A DNA stretch of 64,000 bases, from the NCBI RefSeq assembly GCF_030384885.1, contig NZ_CP128614.1, one strand, 5' to 3'. The notes below the pieces were generated by a model, which saw nothing but the letters and a program-made list of their open reading frames with translations, was not told where the DNA came from and searched no databases. Made by a program: the position numbers and the translations under genes. The DNA comes from Escherichia coli. Its GTDB lineage: Bacteria > Pseudomonadota > Gammaproteobacteria > Enterobacterales > Enterobacteriaceae. Positions 41,631-50,334 of this stretch are shown here, one piece after another; positions within the stretch are counted from its first letter, which is position 1, and each line of letters begins with the position of its first letter.

Positions 41631-41927
41631 TCACCATTTCTCCTGTCTGGCGGGCAAATTTTCCAAAGATTTATTCTCTCCCGACGGCATCATTTCTGAT
41701 GAATTTGCCATCGATGAAAGGCTGATTTCTACTCCCAGCACGGTAAACACTTTGAACAGGCGTTCAATACTCGCACTGGCTGGATTGGCCTCCAGACGAG
41801 CATAGGTTTGCTGGGTCACACCTAACCTTTCAGAGACGTCTTTTTGCGTCAGCCCATTCGCTTTACGAAAGCCAAGCAGCATTGGACGCAATTGGGTAAG
41901 TATTTTTATCGGATAAACATTTTTCAT
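41631..41927 (-). CDS. HipB-like XRE-family HTH regulator
   Basis: 98-aa ORF; LGFRKANGLTQKDVSERLGVTQQTYARLEANPASASIERLFKVFTVLGVEISL aligns with E. coli HipB as recalled; no hipA-like gene follows; lies 450 bp upstream of capV on the same strand. Confidence 0.6.
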   Translation of the reverse strand: MKNVYPIKILTQLRPMLLGFRKANGLTQKDVSERLGVTQQTYARLEANPASASIERLFKVFTVLGVEISLSSMANSSEMMPSGENKSLENLPARQEKW

Positions 41928-42201
41928 CGTGGGTAGGCCTCTATATGGTTTGATACACCCTGTAAGCTGTGTTTACATAATTACACCTTAAAAGCTGTTA
42001 AATCAAGATTACAGCTTAAAAGCTGTTCAAAAGTCATAACAGCCTGTTGCTATTAATATGGACAGGAAGAATACGTAGCACTGGCAGACGCAAACCAGAC
42101 TTGGATTGATAACGGCCACTGCTGTTTATTGTTGAATCCGTCTAACCTAATTCCAGTTCAACTATTGAAATAGAACCGGCATAGCGGATACATTACGCAC
42201 G

Positions 42202-42600
42202 TTGTTACCTTGTATCATCAGGATGCCGTTGACTGTGTTTATCAGCCGTGAAGTCATTTCCAGAATCGTGCTTATCATCATGGCTGTTGCCGTGCTGAGC
42301 AGTTCGCTTATGGTAAAACCACAGGCTGTCTACAATCTCCAGGATACAACATCCATCAGTGACCATCAGCACGACAGCGATGAACCGCTGAATGAGCACG
42401 ATCCGTTACAGTTCCACTCGCACGGTAATGTGCATCACCTCAATGCCGATCATTCCCACGATCTGAACAAACTCTTCACGCTGACTGCTTTGCAGGCCTG
42501 GAACGCAGGCATGCGGGCGACGTTCGCGCTAAGTTCAGAACAAATCCTGCGGGTCCCCCAGGCGACCCCCGAACGCCCTCCGAGATCCCTGATTGCGTAA
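42202..42600 (+). CDS. His-rich secreted or membrane protein (possible metal binding)
   Basis: 132-aa ORF with a hydrophobic N-terminus and His/Asp-rich segment HQHDSDEPLNEHDPLQFHSHGNVHHLNADHSHD. Confidence 0.35.
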   Translation: MLPCIIRMPLTVFISREVISRIVLIIMAVAVLSSSLMVKPQAVYNLQDTTSISDHQHDSDEPLNEHDPLQFHSHGNVHHLNADHSHDLNKLFTLTALQAWNAGMRATFALSSEQILRVPQATPERPPRSLIA

Positions 42601-42643
42601 TAACTTCCGTTAATTCGTTATTATTCAATTTGTAAGGGTTTTT

Positions 42644-43043
42644 ATGAATACCAGCCTCGATATACAGGGCCGGTTGAACGGTGGCCTGCTTTCAGCTCAG
42701 GCGCGTTCGGCTTGTCTGTTTTTCCTGTTGTTACTGCTTTTCTACAGCCAGGGCGCGTATGCGCACGACGTGGCGGAGGGCGACAAAGGGTACATCCAGG
42801 AAATCACCGGGATTATCGTCAATGCACAAAGGAGCGTGGGTAACGCTGGAAGGTAATGTTATCAGCCAGCAGGATGAGTGGTACACCTTCCGTGATCCAA
42901 CCGGCACCATCAAAGTGCGCATTCCTCAGAAGGTCTGGAACGGGCAGCACTTCGATGCTCAGGATTTGGTGCGGGTGAGTGGGCAGGTAATTCATGAGAA
43001 TGGTGCTACGAGCCTTGATGTAGGTGTGATTAGCAAGCCCTGA
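42644..43043 (+). pseudogene. YgiW/YdeI (BOF, OB-fold) family periplasmic protein, frameshifted
   Basis: signal peptide in frame 1 (42644..42856) and the OB-fold body (AWVTLEGNVISQQDEWYTFRDPTGTIKVRIP...) in another frame (to 43043); frames switch near 42820-42850. Confidence 0.5.
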
Positions 43044-43235
43044 ATTCCATCAAAACAAGCGGTACTTATAATAACCTTCATCCCGAGCGTGATAGCGCAT
43101 CACAACTTCGAGACTTTCTTCAAGGAATATATACGTCTGGGCATAGGACTCTCCATTATGAGAGTCCAACTAATGAGGGCAATGTATCGATCTGAGTATG
43201 AGATTGCTTTGTGGACTAAGGCAGAAATGAGCCTT

Positions 43236-43547
43236 CTAAGGCTGATCCTTCTTCAAGATTTTGATGAGTTCGATTTGCTGTTGTTCAGACATGTTAGCGA
43301 TCAGGCGAGCTAACTCTGCAGTCGTTTCGTTCTCGCAAAAGAAGTAGTTGATCGGTACCCCAAGTTCATCAGCCATACGCTTAAGAGTATCAATGTCAGG
43401 AGTATGTCTCCCCTTCTCGTAGTGGTTCATGCGGCCACTCGCTGAACTTGGTTCCATGCCAATTCGGATACCCAATTCTTTCTGAGTGATCCCGGCATAC
43501 GTTCTGGCAGCCTTGAGCCTGTCAGGTATCGGATTTGGGTGAGCCAC
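43236..43547 (-). CDS. XRE-family HTH transcriptional regulator
   Basis: 103-aa ORF with HTH LKAARTYAGITQKELGIRIGMEPSSASGRMNHYEKG; divergent from the helicase operon. Confidence 0.6.
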   Translation of the reverse strand: MAHPNPIPDRLKAARTYAGITQKELGIRIGMEPSSASGRMNHYEKGRHTPDIDTLKRMADELGVPINYFFCENETTAELARLIANMSEQQQIELIKILKKDQP

Positions 43548-43572
43548 GAAGTCATCATCATTGCCTTAGAGT

Positions 43573-43623
43573 ACTTAGATTGTCTAAGTTTCGTTGGTTT
43601 CTGTATACTTAGCAATTCTAAGT
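43573..43623. promoter_or_regulatory. two 17-bp palindromic operators in the divergent promoter region
   Basis: ACTTAGAttgTCTAAGT (43573-43589) and ACTTAGcaattCTAAGT (43607-43623), same half-sites, 17 bp apart, between the XRE gene and the helicase-operon start. Confidence 0.6.
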
Positions 43624-43646
43624 TTACTGATTTGGAAGTTTTAACA

Positions 43647-44216
43647 ATGAAGTCTGCAGTGAAGTTGCACCCTTATATTTATAATTTGTTGATAGAAAGA
43701 GATTTTGATGAGTTCGGTGCTATCCATCTCAGGGACGCTTTGCTGAAGATTACAGATTCATATGCTGATGTAACTGAAGCCAGAAAATTCATCCGCCGAC
43801 AACTTATCCGGCTGGAGGCATTGGGCTTCATTTTTAAAATTGAAAATAGCAGTGGGCGTCCGAAGATCCTGTACAAGAAAACGGAAAGCTTCTATTCAAC
43901 GACTTTCATACCAAGAAAATTGCCAAGTAACTCGCGCCTGGCTGCTGTGCCCGAAAATGTGAAACTACACGTTTTGGATGTCGATCTGTTCTTAATGGAC
44001 CTGACAAAAGAAAAAACTGTCCATGAGGCCAAACTTGCCGTCATTCTGAGTGAAATTGAAGAGTACCAGTCTCTTATGGAGCGTTTTCCCAGTAGACGGA
44101 GCTGCTTTATTGAACTCCATCAGCACGCAAAAAATCAGTCCGCCGCTTTGCTTGGCAGGGTTACTGCTTTATCGAAAGTGCTAGGTCAGCTTAGCGATGG
44201 GGATTGCGCATGCTGA
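43647..44216 (+). CDS. hypothetical protein, first gene of the helicase operon
   Basis: listed ORF 43539..44216; likely start is ATG at 43647 (MKSAVKL..., RBS-like GGAAG upstream) since the upstream part overlaps the divergent XRE gene; no catalytic motif recognised; 13-bp overlap with the helicase gene. Confidence 0.5.
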   Translation: MKSAVKLHPYIYNLLIERDFDEFGAIHLRDALLKITDSYADVTEARKFIRRQLIRLEALGFIFKIENSSGRPKILYKKTESFYSTTFIPRKLPSNSRLAAVPENVKLHVLDVDLFLMDLTKEKTVHEAKLAVILSEIEEYQSLMERFPSRRSCFIELHQHAKNQSAALLGRVTALSKVLGQLSDGDCAC

Positions 44217-45598
44217 GGGAGTGGCAGAAAGAATGCTCTGAAGCAGCGCTAGAAAAATATCAATCTGGATCGCCGCACTTTCTATGTCTTGCCAGTCCTG
44301 GTGCAGGAAAAACCGTGATGGCTGCTGAAGTTGCCAGGAAAATGCTGGAGCTGAAACTAGTAGATCTCATCCTATGCTTTGCACCTTCATCTGTGGTGGT
44401 TGCATCCATTGAAAGTACTTTCTCCCATATTCTTCAAAGGAACTTTAATGGTGGTCTTGGTGCAGTAGGTGCTGCGTATACTTATCATAGCTTGATGTAT
44501 TTCGATAAAAGCTTCTGGAAGTCTTTGCAGATGCATCGGGTATTAGTTATTTTCGACGAAATCCATCATTGTTCTGGCGATTCGCTGGATAATGCTAATG
44601 TGTGGGGCGGGGAAATCCTTTCTCAAGTTCAGCAATGTGCCAGTTACTCTTTGGCACTAACAGGGACTCCATGGCGAACTGATAGTACTCCTATAGTGCT
44701 CTCAAATTACACTGATCCGGATGGGGAGATCTGTTGTGACTATGTATATGGACTACATGAGGCTATTGTCGATGGTGTTTGTCGTAAACCTAAAATCGCC
44801 TTGATAAACAGCAATAATTTAGTATATTCATCAAAGGATAATGTTCAGTTTTTTGGTTCCATCACAGATTTCCTGAGTGAAACCGTTGCTTCGTATCAAT
44901 CAATAATTTGGCATCCAGAAGCAATGAAGTATGTACTAGAAGCTGGATGTAAAAAACTTAACGAAATACGCAAAGTTAATTCTGATGCGGGTGGTTTAGT
45001 TGTTGCTTCTTCAGTCGAGCATGCATATAAGCTACTGAATATTTTGGAAAAAGAGTTTGACCAAACAGCGATAATTGTGACGTACCACGATCGAGATGCT
45101 TTGGCTAAGATTGGATATTATCGGCAATCAACTACAGAATGGATTGTTAGCGTTGGTATGATTAGTGAGGGCACAGATATCCCCAGGCTACAGGTCTGCT
45201 GCCATTTGAGTTCTGTCAAAACAGAACTTTACTTCAGACAAGTATTGGGCAGGATATTACGGGTGAATCAGAGTGAAAATCAGGAAGCCTGGTTATTTAC
45301 AATGGCTACAAATGAACTGACATTATTCTCAAACAGATTGGCCGAAGATTTACCTGAAGATTATAAAGTTATGCAACAACAATCTGATGATTGGTCATTC
45401 CCTACAATTGATTCTCAGTCTATGCCTCCAGAGTTTGTGCGGAAAAATGGTATATCTAAAATAAAAGAGATTGATTTAGAAATGGATATTGGTGAAATAA
45501 CTACATCGTCACCTACGATTTCAAGTCAAACAAAACAACTAAAAATGGGCTCAATGCATCAACAAGTGATAGATGCATTTTTATTTTCAATTATTTAA
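44204..45598 (+). CDS. SF2 DExH-box helicase
   Basis: 464-aa ORF with Walker A ASPGAGKT, motif II IFDEIHH, LTGTPWR, and motif VI FRQVLGRILR. Confidence 0.65.
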   Translation: MRMLREWQKECSEAALEKYQSGSPHFLCLASPGAGKTVMAAEVARKMLELKLVDLILCFAPSSVVVASIESTFSHILQRNFNGGLGAVGAAYTYHSLMYFDKSFWKSLQMHRVLVIFDEIHHCSGDSLDNANVWGGEILSQVQQCASYSLALTGTPWRTDSTPIVLSNYTDPDGEICCDYVYGLHEAIVDGVCRKPKIALINSNNLVYSSKDNVQFFGSITDFLSETVASYQSIIWHPEAMKYVLEAGCKKLNEIRKVNSDAGGLVVASSVEHAYKLLNILEKEFDQTAIIVTYHDRDALAKIGYYRQSTTEWIVSVGMISEGTDIPRLQVCCHLSSVKTELYFRQVLGRILRVNQSENQEAWLFTMATNELTLFSNRLAEDLPEDYKVMQQQSDDWSFPTIDSQSMPPEFVRKNGISKIKEIDLEMDIGEITTSSPTISSQTKQLKMGSMHQQVIDAFLFSII

Positions 45599-45654
45599 TT
45601 TTTTATCGTATGCCGTAAACGGTTTGAAGAGTGAATTAACGGCATTGATTCAAG

Positions 45655-45975
45655 TTAAAACTGGCTAGTTACGGCCAGTTTCCCTAGGGAACTATAGTTT
45701 TTATCTATACAACGTGAAGCTAAAGAAGAGTGAATGATTGCCTTTTTTGTAACTAATTTTATTTTTAACTCCTCAAGCTTGTCTTTTAATGATTTATTTT
45801 CCTCTTCAAGAAATGATATTTTTACTAGTGATGCCCTTAATAAGTCATTGAGCTGGTGATGTTCTGAAGCCATTTGACGGAGTCTTTTTCGAGGGGGCTG
45901 AAAGCGTTCTGCAGGCACTGTTAGTGGTATAAAATATGCCCACGACTGTATTCCTGTTGTGTGGTAATTCCTCAA
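45655..45975 (-). CDS. small coiled-coil protein (partial paralog of 45993..46433)
   Basis: 106-aa ORF; MASEHHQLNDLLRASL...EEENKSLKDKLEELK parallels MAAEHHQLSHALRVARSRIEALEQEIKALK in the neighbour. Confidence 0.4.
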   Translation of the reverse strand: MRNYHTTGIQSWAYFIPLTVPAERFQPPRKRLRQMASEHHQLNDLLRASLVKISFLEEENKSLKDKLEELKIKLVTKKAIIHSSLASRCIDKNYSSLGKLAVTSQF

Positions 45976-45992
45976 TGAAAAGAAGTGAATGC

Positions 45993-46433
45993 TTATTTTA
46001 TTCTTACTATCTGGCCTTGTTTTAAAGCTTTTATCTCTTGTTCCAGCGCTTCAATACGTGAACGTGCAACCCTCAGCGCATGGGAGAGCTGATGATGTTC
46101 AGCCGCCATCACTTCCAGACGACGTTTCATATCAGATGCTTTTACACGGTACTGAATTTTCACTTTACGCTCTTGGTTAAATTTATGTCGCAGGGCTTCC
46201 TGTGACTGATGAGTTAGCCTGCCCTGAGGGGATATTTTTAACCGCAGAATTTCCTCCTGGACGCGTGACTTAAATGCCCCGTAGTAGTAACAGGTTCCGT
46301 TTCCCAGCCCGGCCTCCTCTTCAACAGCACGCACCGACAACTTTCGGTTGTCAGGGATACGTTTTGTCTGACCATCAAGGATCCGTTGTAGTGCAGCTTC
46401 AAGTTTAAGGAGTGTATTTTCTGATTTGCTCAT
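45993..46433 (-). CDS. small coiled-coil protein downstream of the recombinase genes
   Basis: 146-aa ORF overlapping the stop of the 720-aa gene by 4 bp. Confidence 0.45.
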   Translation of the reverse strand: MSKSENTLLKLEAALQRILDGQTKRIPDNRKLSVRAVEEEAGLGNGTCYYYGAFKSRVQEEILRLKISPQGRLTHQSQEALRHKFNQERKVKIQYRVKASDMKRRLEVMAAEHHQLSHALRVARSRIEALEQEIKALKQGQIVRIK

Positions 46434-48592
46434 ACGCCTGTCACCTTAATGGGATGTTCATATGTGTCATAGCCAATCCCATGATCCTGCATAACCCGTT
46501 CCGCAGCCCGGATTTGAGTGATACAGTGGGCATACTCACTGATGCTTAGATCCGTCTGTTGCTGAAGATACATTATCAAAGCATTATGACGTTGCTGCCA
46601 CCACATGGCCTTATCCGTATCGATAATGCTTCCACCGCTACGACAATCCACGCAGAATGCAGGGTTGACCACACCATCCATATCGCAGTCATAGCCGTTT
46701 TTGCAGTAACTATGTAGCGTTCCATGCAAAGTAAGTCGTTTTTCCCTGACCAGTCGATAGAGATTATCCCAGCTACTGTAGATCACAGGCTTATCATTAC
46801 GCATAGCTAGAATGGCTTTGCCAAAACTTCCGCTGAGTTGACTATCCCCGTTAAACCAGCTGTCAAAAAGACTAGTTGTCTGTTCGAGCCTTGCTTCATT
46901 CAGTAATTTAATCAGTTCGCTGTCCACCTGTATTGATTGTAGCCGTGCTTCAACAGCACCGTTCCCATACCATTCACTCATTCGCAGGCTGAGGTGTTTA
47001 AACTGTTGTTTGATTGCGATGGGGTGTCCGAGCTGGTTACGTACGGCAAAGCAGGCGAAAGTTCTTCGAAACTGATGGGTTAAAAGGGGCCAGGCCTCTC
47101 CTGTTCTGATCTTATCTTCTATAGCCCCCCTGTCCCGAGGGTTAAGCTGACGGCACTCTGCGAGTGCCTGTTTATCAACAATAGCACCCACATGTCTGGA
47201 AAAATTTTTTAAACGGTCGTTCCACTTGCTGCGTGAAATGAGGACAGGCAGGTTTTTTCTTTGGTACTGGCTGAGCCACAGATTTCCTGCTGTCTCAGTA
47301 AGCGTATCAGACTGCCCTGGGTCGTTGCTGTGAACCGCTATTTTTAACAGCTGTTCACGAGCACACGCGCTGAGAGCCGTCGCAAGCGATATGGCTTTTT
47401 CAACAATAGGGCTTGCCAGCCATTCTTCATTTTTTTTCCCGGCAGCCAGTTTGTGGGTTGCTGCGCTTACCGAGTGAAAATCCTGTCCATTAATGGTGTA
47501 GGTGTGAAAACTGTCCACATGCAATTCAAATATTTCGCTGACTCTCATTCCTGTGAAAGCACCACAACAAATAAAACAGGCTGCCTGAAGTTGAGCACGA
47601 AAACTGACGAGCCAGTTACCGTCTGCTGCGCTACTGGGCAGGAGTCCTGTTCCGGTGAGATGGTTTTTGATTAGGGTATTTTGCGACCGGGGTGTCGCTT
47701 TATTAATTTCTTCTACATATTCTTTTGAACATAATTTCCCCTGTCCGTTAGTCAGCCATGTCCACTTACCTGTAAGTATTTTATAGTCAACAACGGCACG
47801 CCCGATATCATAATTAGACTGCAGTTCACGTTCTAGCTGGGCTAGTGTTTCTCTGTGGGGCCATGCAAGCTCGACAAGTCTAACGGCTTCTCCATAGAGT
47901 ATATTTGCTATTGCCTGGGGGATGGCCAGGGTTTGCCTGTGTTCTGCTTTATTTTTAGCTGACAGTTTTTTGGCTGTCTGTTTGTAGTTCAGCTGTGGCA
48001 GGTCAAGCTGGAAAGGAAGCCATGAATTTAGTCTTTCGACTGACTGTAGTGCAGAGAAAATCAATTCAACAGTTCGCTTACTAAAGGCTTCACGTTCGAT
48101 ATCGTTTTGTAGCTTTTGCCATATCTCGGGTTTATTGAAGTCAGACAGGCACGTGCTGCCACTATGCAAAAGCGTTAATAAACTCTTTTTTAACCCTAAA
48201 TTGAATCGGGAGGTCAGTGTTGACAGCTTGCAGTCTTTTCCGGAGTGATAATTTTGCTCAAATATCCATCCATATACGATAAGCTTCGCCTGAAGGAGAA
48301 GCGCCGGAGCGGACTCCAAATAGGTAAAGTTAAATTCACGCTGGTTTTTATCCGTTCCCTTATCTGAAGCAAAGGGGCTACAGTCCCAGCAATTTTGACC
48401 AAAATATGCTCGCGTGATGTTATGTTTATCGATACATATTGGGAGCTTATCGAGCGCAGACCAGTTTTTGTTTTTTATCAGAAGTAAAATATCTTCTGTG
48501 GCTCCATACGTCAGAGCGTCTTTATGAAATGAGTTCAACAGAATAGCCATAGTGATCCTTATGTCATATCTGTGCTTTGCACATCTGACCAC
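46430..48592 (-). CDS. tyrosine-recombinase-like protein (third of three tandem genes)
   Basis: 720-aa ORF with AFTGMRVSEIFEL (box I Arg) and LTHQFRRTFACFAV (HxxR) in the C-terminal half. Confidence 0.55.
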   Translation of the reverse strand: MVRCAKHRYDIRITMAILLNSFHKDALTYGATEDILLLIKNKNWSALDKLPICIDKHNITRAYFGQNCWDCSPFASDKGTDKNQREFNFTYLESAPALLLQAKLIVYGWIFEQNYHSGKDCKLSTLTSRFNLGLKKSLLTLLHSGSTCLSDFNKPEIWQKLQNDIEREAFSKRTVELIFSALQSVERLNSWLPFQLDLPQLNYKQTAKKLSAKNKAEHRQTLAIPQAIANILYGEAVRLVELAWPHRETLAQLERELQSNYDIGRAVVDYKILTGKWTWLTNGQGKLCSKEYVEEINKATPRSQNTLIKNHLTGTGLLPSSAADGNWLVSFRAQLQAACFICCGAFTGMRVSEIFELHVDSFHTYTINGQDFHSVSAATHKLAAGKKNEEWLASPIVEKAISLATALSACAREQLLKIAVHSNDPGQSDTLTETAGNLWLSQYQRKNLPVLISRSKWNDRLKNFSRHVGAIVDKQALAECRQLNPRDRGAIEDKIRTGEAWPLLTHQFRRTFACFAVRNQLGHPIAIKQQFKHLSLRMSEWYGNGAVEARLQSIQVDSELIKLLNEARLEQTTSLFDSWFNGDSQLSGSFGKAILAMRNDKPVIYSSWDNLYRLVREKRLTLHGTLHSYCKNGYDCDMDGVVNPAFCVDCRSGGSIIDTDKAMWWQQRHNALIMYLQQQTDLSISEYAHCITQIRAAERVMQDHGIGYDTYEHPIKVTGV

Positions 48593-50334
48593 AGGGGATG
48601 TCGTCCTTCATCAGCAAGTTTTCGACGGGCATGTTGTAGTGTTTTTTGATTCAGTAATTTCAGCCTGCTATCAATGTTTACGATGGTCTGGCCAAAGTTT
48701 TTTGTGTAATGGGCTTTATCCAGGTGAAGGTATTGTGATTCTTCCAGATATTCACGGAAGCTTAACACGCACCATAAATCCGTTACTGATTCGACCAGAA
48801 CCTGATGTTTGCAACTCCAGCAGTTTAACAGGTCAGCACAAGCCAGCGTTTCTTCCGGGGGGATCAGCCCGTTTCTCCTGGCCCGGGAAGTGAACATCGT
48901 GGCCATTGTACCAGCCGTGTCGTTACAATAACTTCCATGGGAGTTTCGTACGGGAGGCGATGCTCTTCTGACATAGGCCTCATATGCCAGCACGCTGACC
49001 TTTTGTGCTTCACGTACTTTCTGTTTTGCAGATTCAATACTCTGCCTGTCCCGGACAACCTGTTCCAGTGTCTGGCTGGTATCCCGGTTCATTTGATTGT
49101 TCTCGTAGGGGTTACCATCAGAATATGCCTGACGGATAGTTTCGGGGGTATTATCAAGCAGTAGTGCAGCCTCGACCGGGCCCTTCAGCGCCAGTGTCAG
49201 ATGACTGCCGGTGGCCCGAAAGCGCCTGGTGACCGGCCACAGCCTTTGCCCTAAGTCGTCTGTCATGGGGAAGTGTACAGAGAGCCAGCTACTTTTGAAG
49301 TCATTCAGCAGGCAGGAACTCATCATCTGGACGCTTTTTTTCCGATGACTATAGGTCGGTAAGAGCAGGCCATCCGGGCCGGGGTCTAACAACGTTGACG
49401 CAGTAATGAGCTGGTCAAAAAACTGTGTTGCGTATTTGGGTATTTCCAGCCGATTGTTGTCACCTATCTCAACAGAGATTGTTTTAAATGCCCGGCGCTT
49501 AAAGGCTGGCATCTGATGCCAGTTATCTGATGGTGTATGGCTGCTGAGTGTCGGTCTTTTTAATGTGTACAGGATGGAGCTGTTGCTCCATGTGTAATAA
49601 CTGAGCAGGTATGCGGCTGCATAAAATAATTTTGATACACCGCTGCGTACAGGATACGTTTTCCCTTTCCAGCAAAAAGTCATTGTTGCTGTGATACCGC
49701 TGGCTTTGATATGTGAATCTGGGTCAAGAATAAACTGGGAGTAAAGTTGCCTGAACAGTCCTCTTAGTAAAGGGAGTAATTTTTTCAGGTCACCATCGCT
49801 ATATCCTCGTGTGGGCTCTGATTGTGTATTTCCCGGGTTTTTAAACCCTGACGTAAACTTTGTACTCCGCCCCATCCAGTTGTATAAGGTTGTCAGGTCT
49901 GCCTTTATCCTGGAGGCTGTGCTGTCTTTGATTTCGCCCCTCCTTTGACGAAGTAAATGACATTTCAACTCTCTGATGAACGTGCTCTCAGACAGGGGGA
50001 TAAGTGCTGGCACCTGACTGTCACAGAAAGTAAAATGCTTTCTTGCAGCATTAAAAATATTATACTTTGTTGCAGGTGTGACATCTTCATGGCCAGTAAT
50101 TGCAATAAACAGTGACTGTACAATGTCATCCCGTGCCAGTAATTGCTCATCCCCCTGTTTTATCAGGTTGGTTTTGGGTATGCCCTTATAGCGAAAGCGG
50201 TTAAAATCTAACAGGGTATGAGCATTGGCGCCATTGCGTATTGGTATACAGAGGTGTTCAACCCAGGGCGTTGTGAGTTTTAATTTGCTGCTCATACTTT
50301 CACTCCAGTAGTGCTCTGTGCATAATTTCATCAA
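48559..50334 (-). CDS. recombinase-module protein (second of three)
   Basis: 591-aa ORF overlapping both neighbours; catalytic motifs not clearly readable. Confidence 0.45.
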   Translation of the reverse strand: MMKLCTEHYWSESMSSKLKLTTPWVEHLCIPIRNGANAHTLLDFNRFRYKGIPKTNLIKQGDEQLLARDDIVQSLFIAITGHEDVTPATKYNIFNAARKHFTFCDSQVPALIPLSESTFIRELKCHLLRQRRGEIKDSTASRIKADLTTLYNWMGRSTKFTSGFKNPGNTQSEPTRGYSDGDLKKLLPLLRGLFRQLYSQFILDPDSHIKASGITATMTFCWKGKTYPVRSGVSKLFYAAAYLLSYYTWSNSSILYTLKRPTLSSHTPSDNWHQMPAFKRRAFKTISVEIGDNNRLEIPKYATQFFDQLITASTLLDPGPDGLLLPTYSHRKKSVQMMSSCLLNDFKSSWLSVHFPMTDDLGQRLWPVTRRFRATGSHLTLALKGPVEAALLLDNTPETIRQAYSDGNPYENNQMNRDTSQTLEQVVRDRQSIESAKQKVREAQKVSVLAYEAYVRRASPPVRNSHGSYCNDTAGTMATMFTSRARRNGLIPPEETLACADLLNCWSCKHQVLVESVTDLWCVLSFREYLEESQYLHLDKAHYTKNFGQTIVNIDSRLKLLNQKTLQHARRKLADEGRHPLWSDVQSTDMT

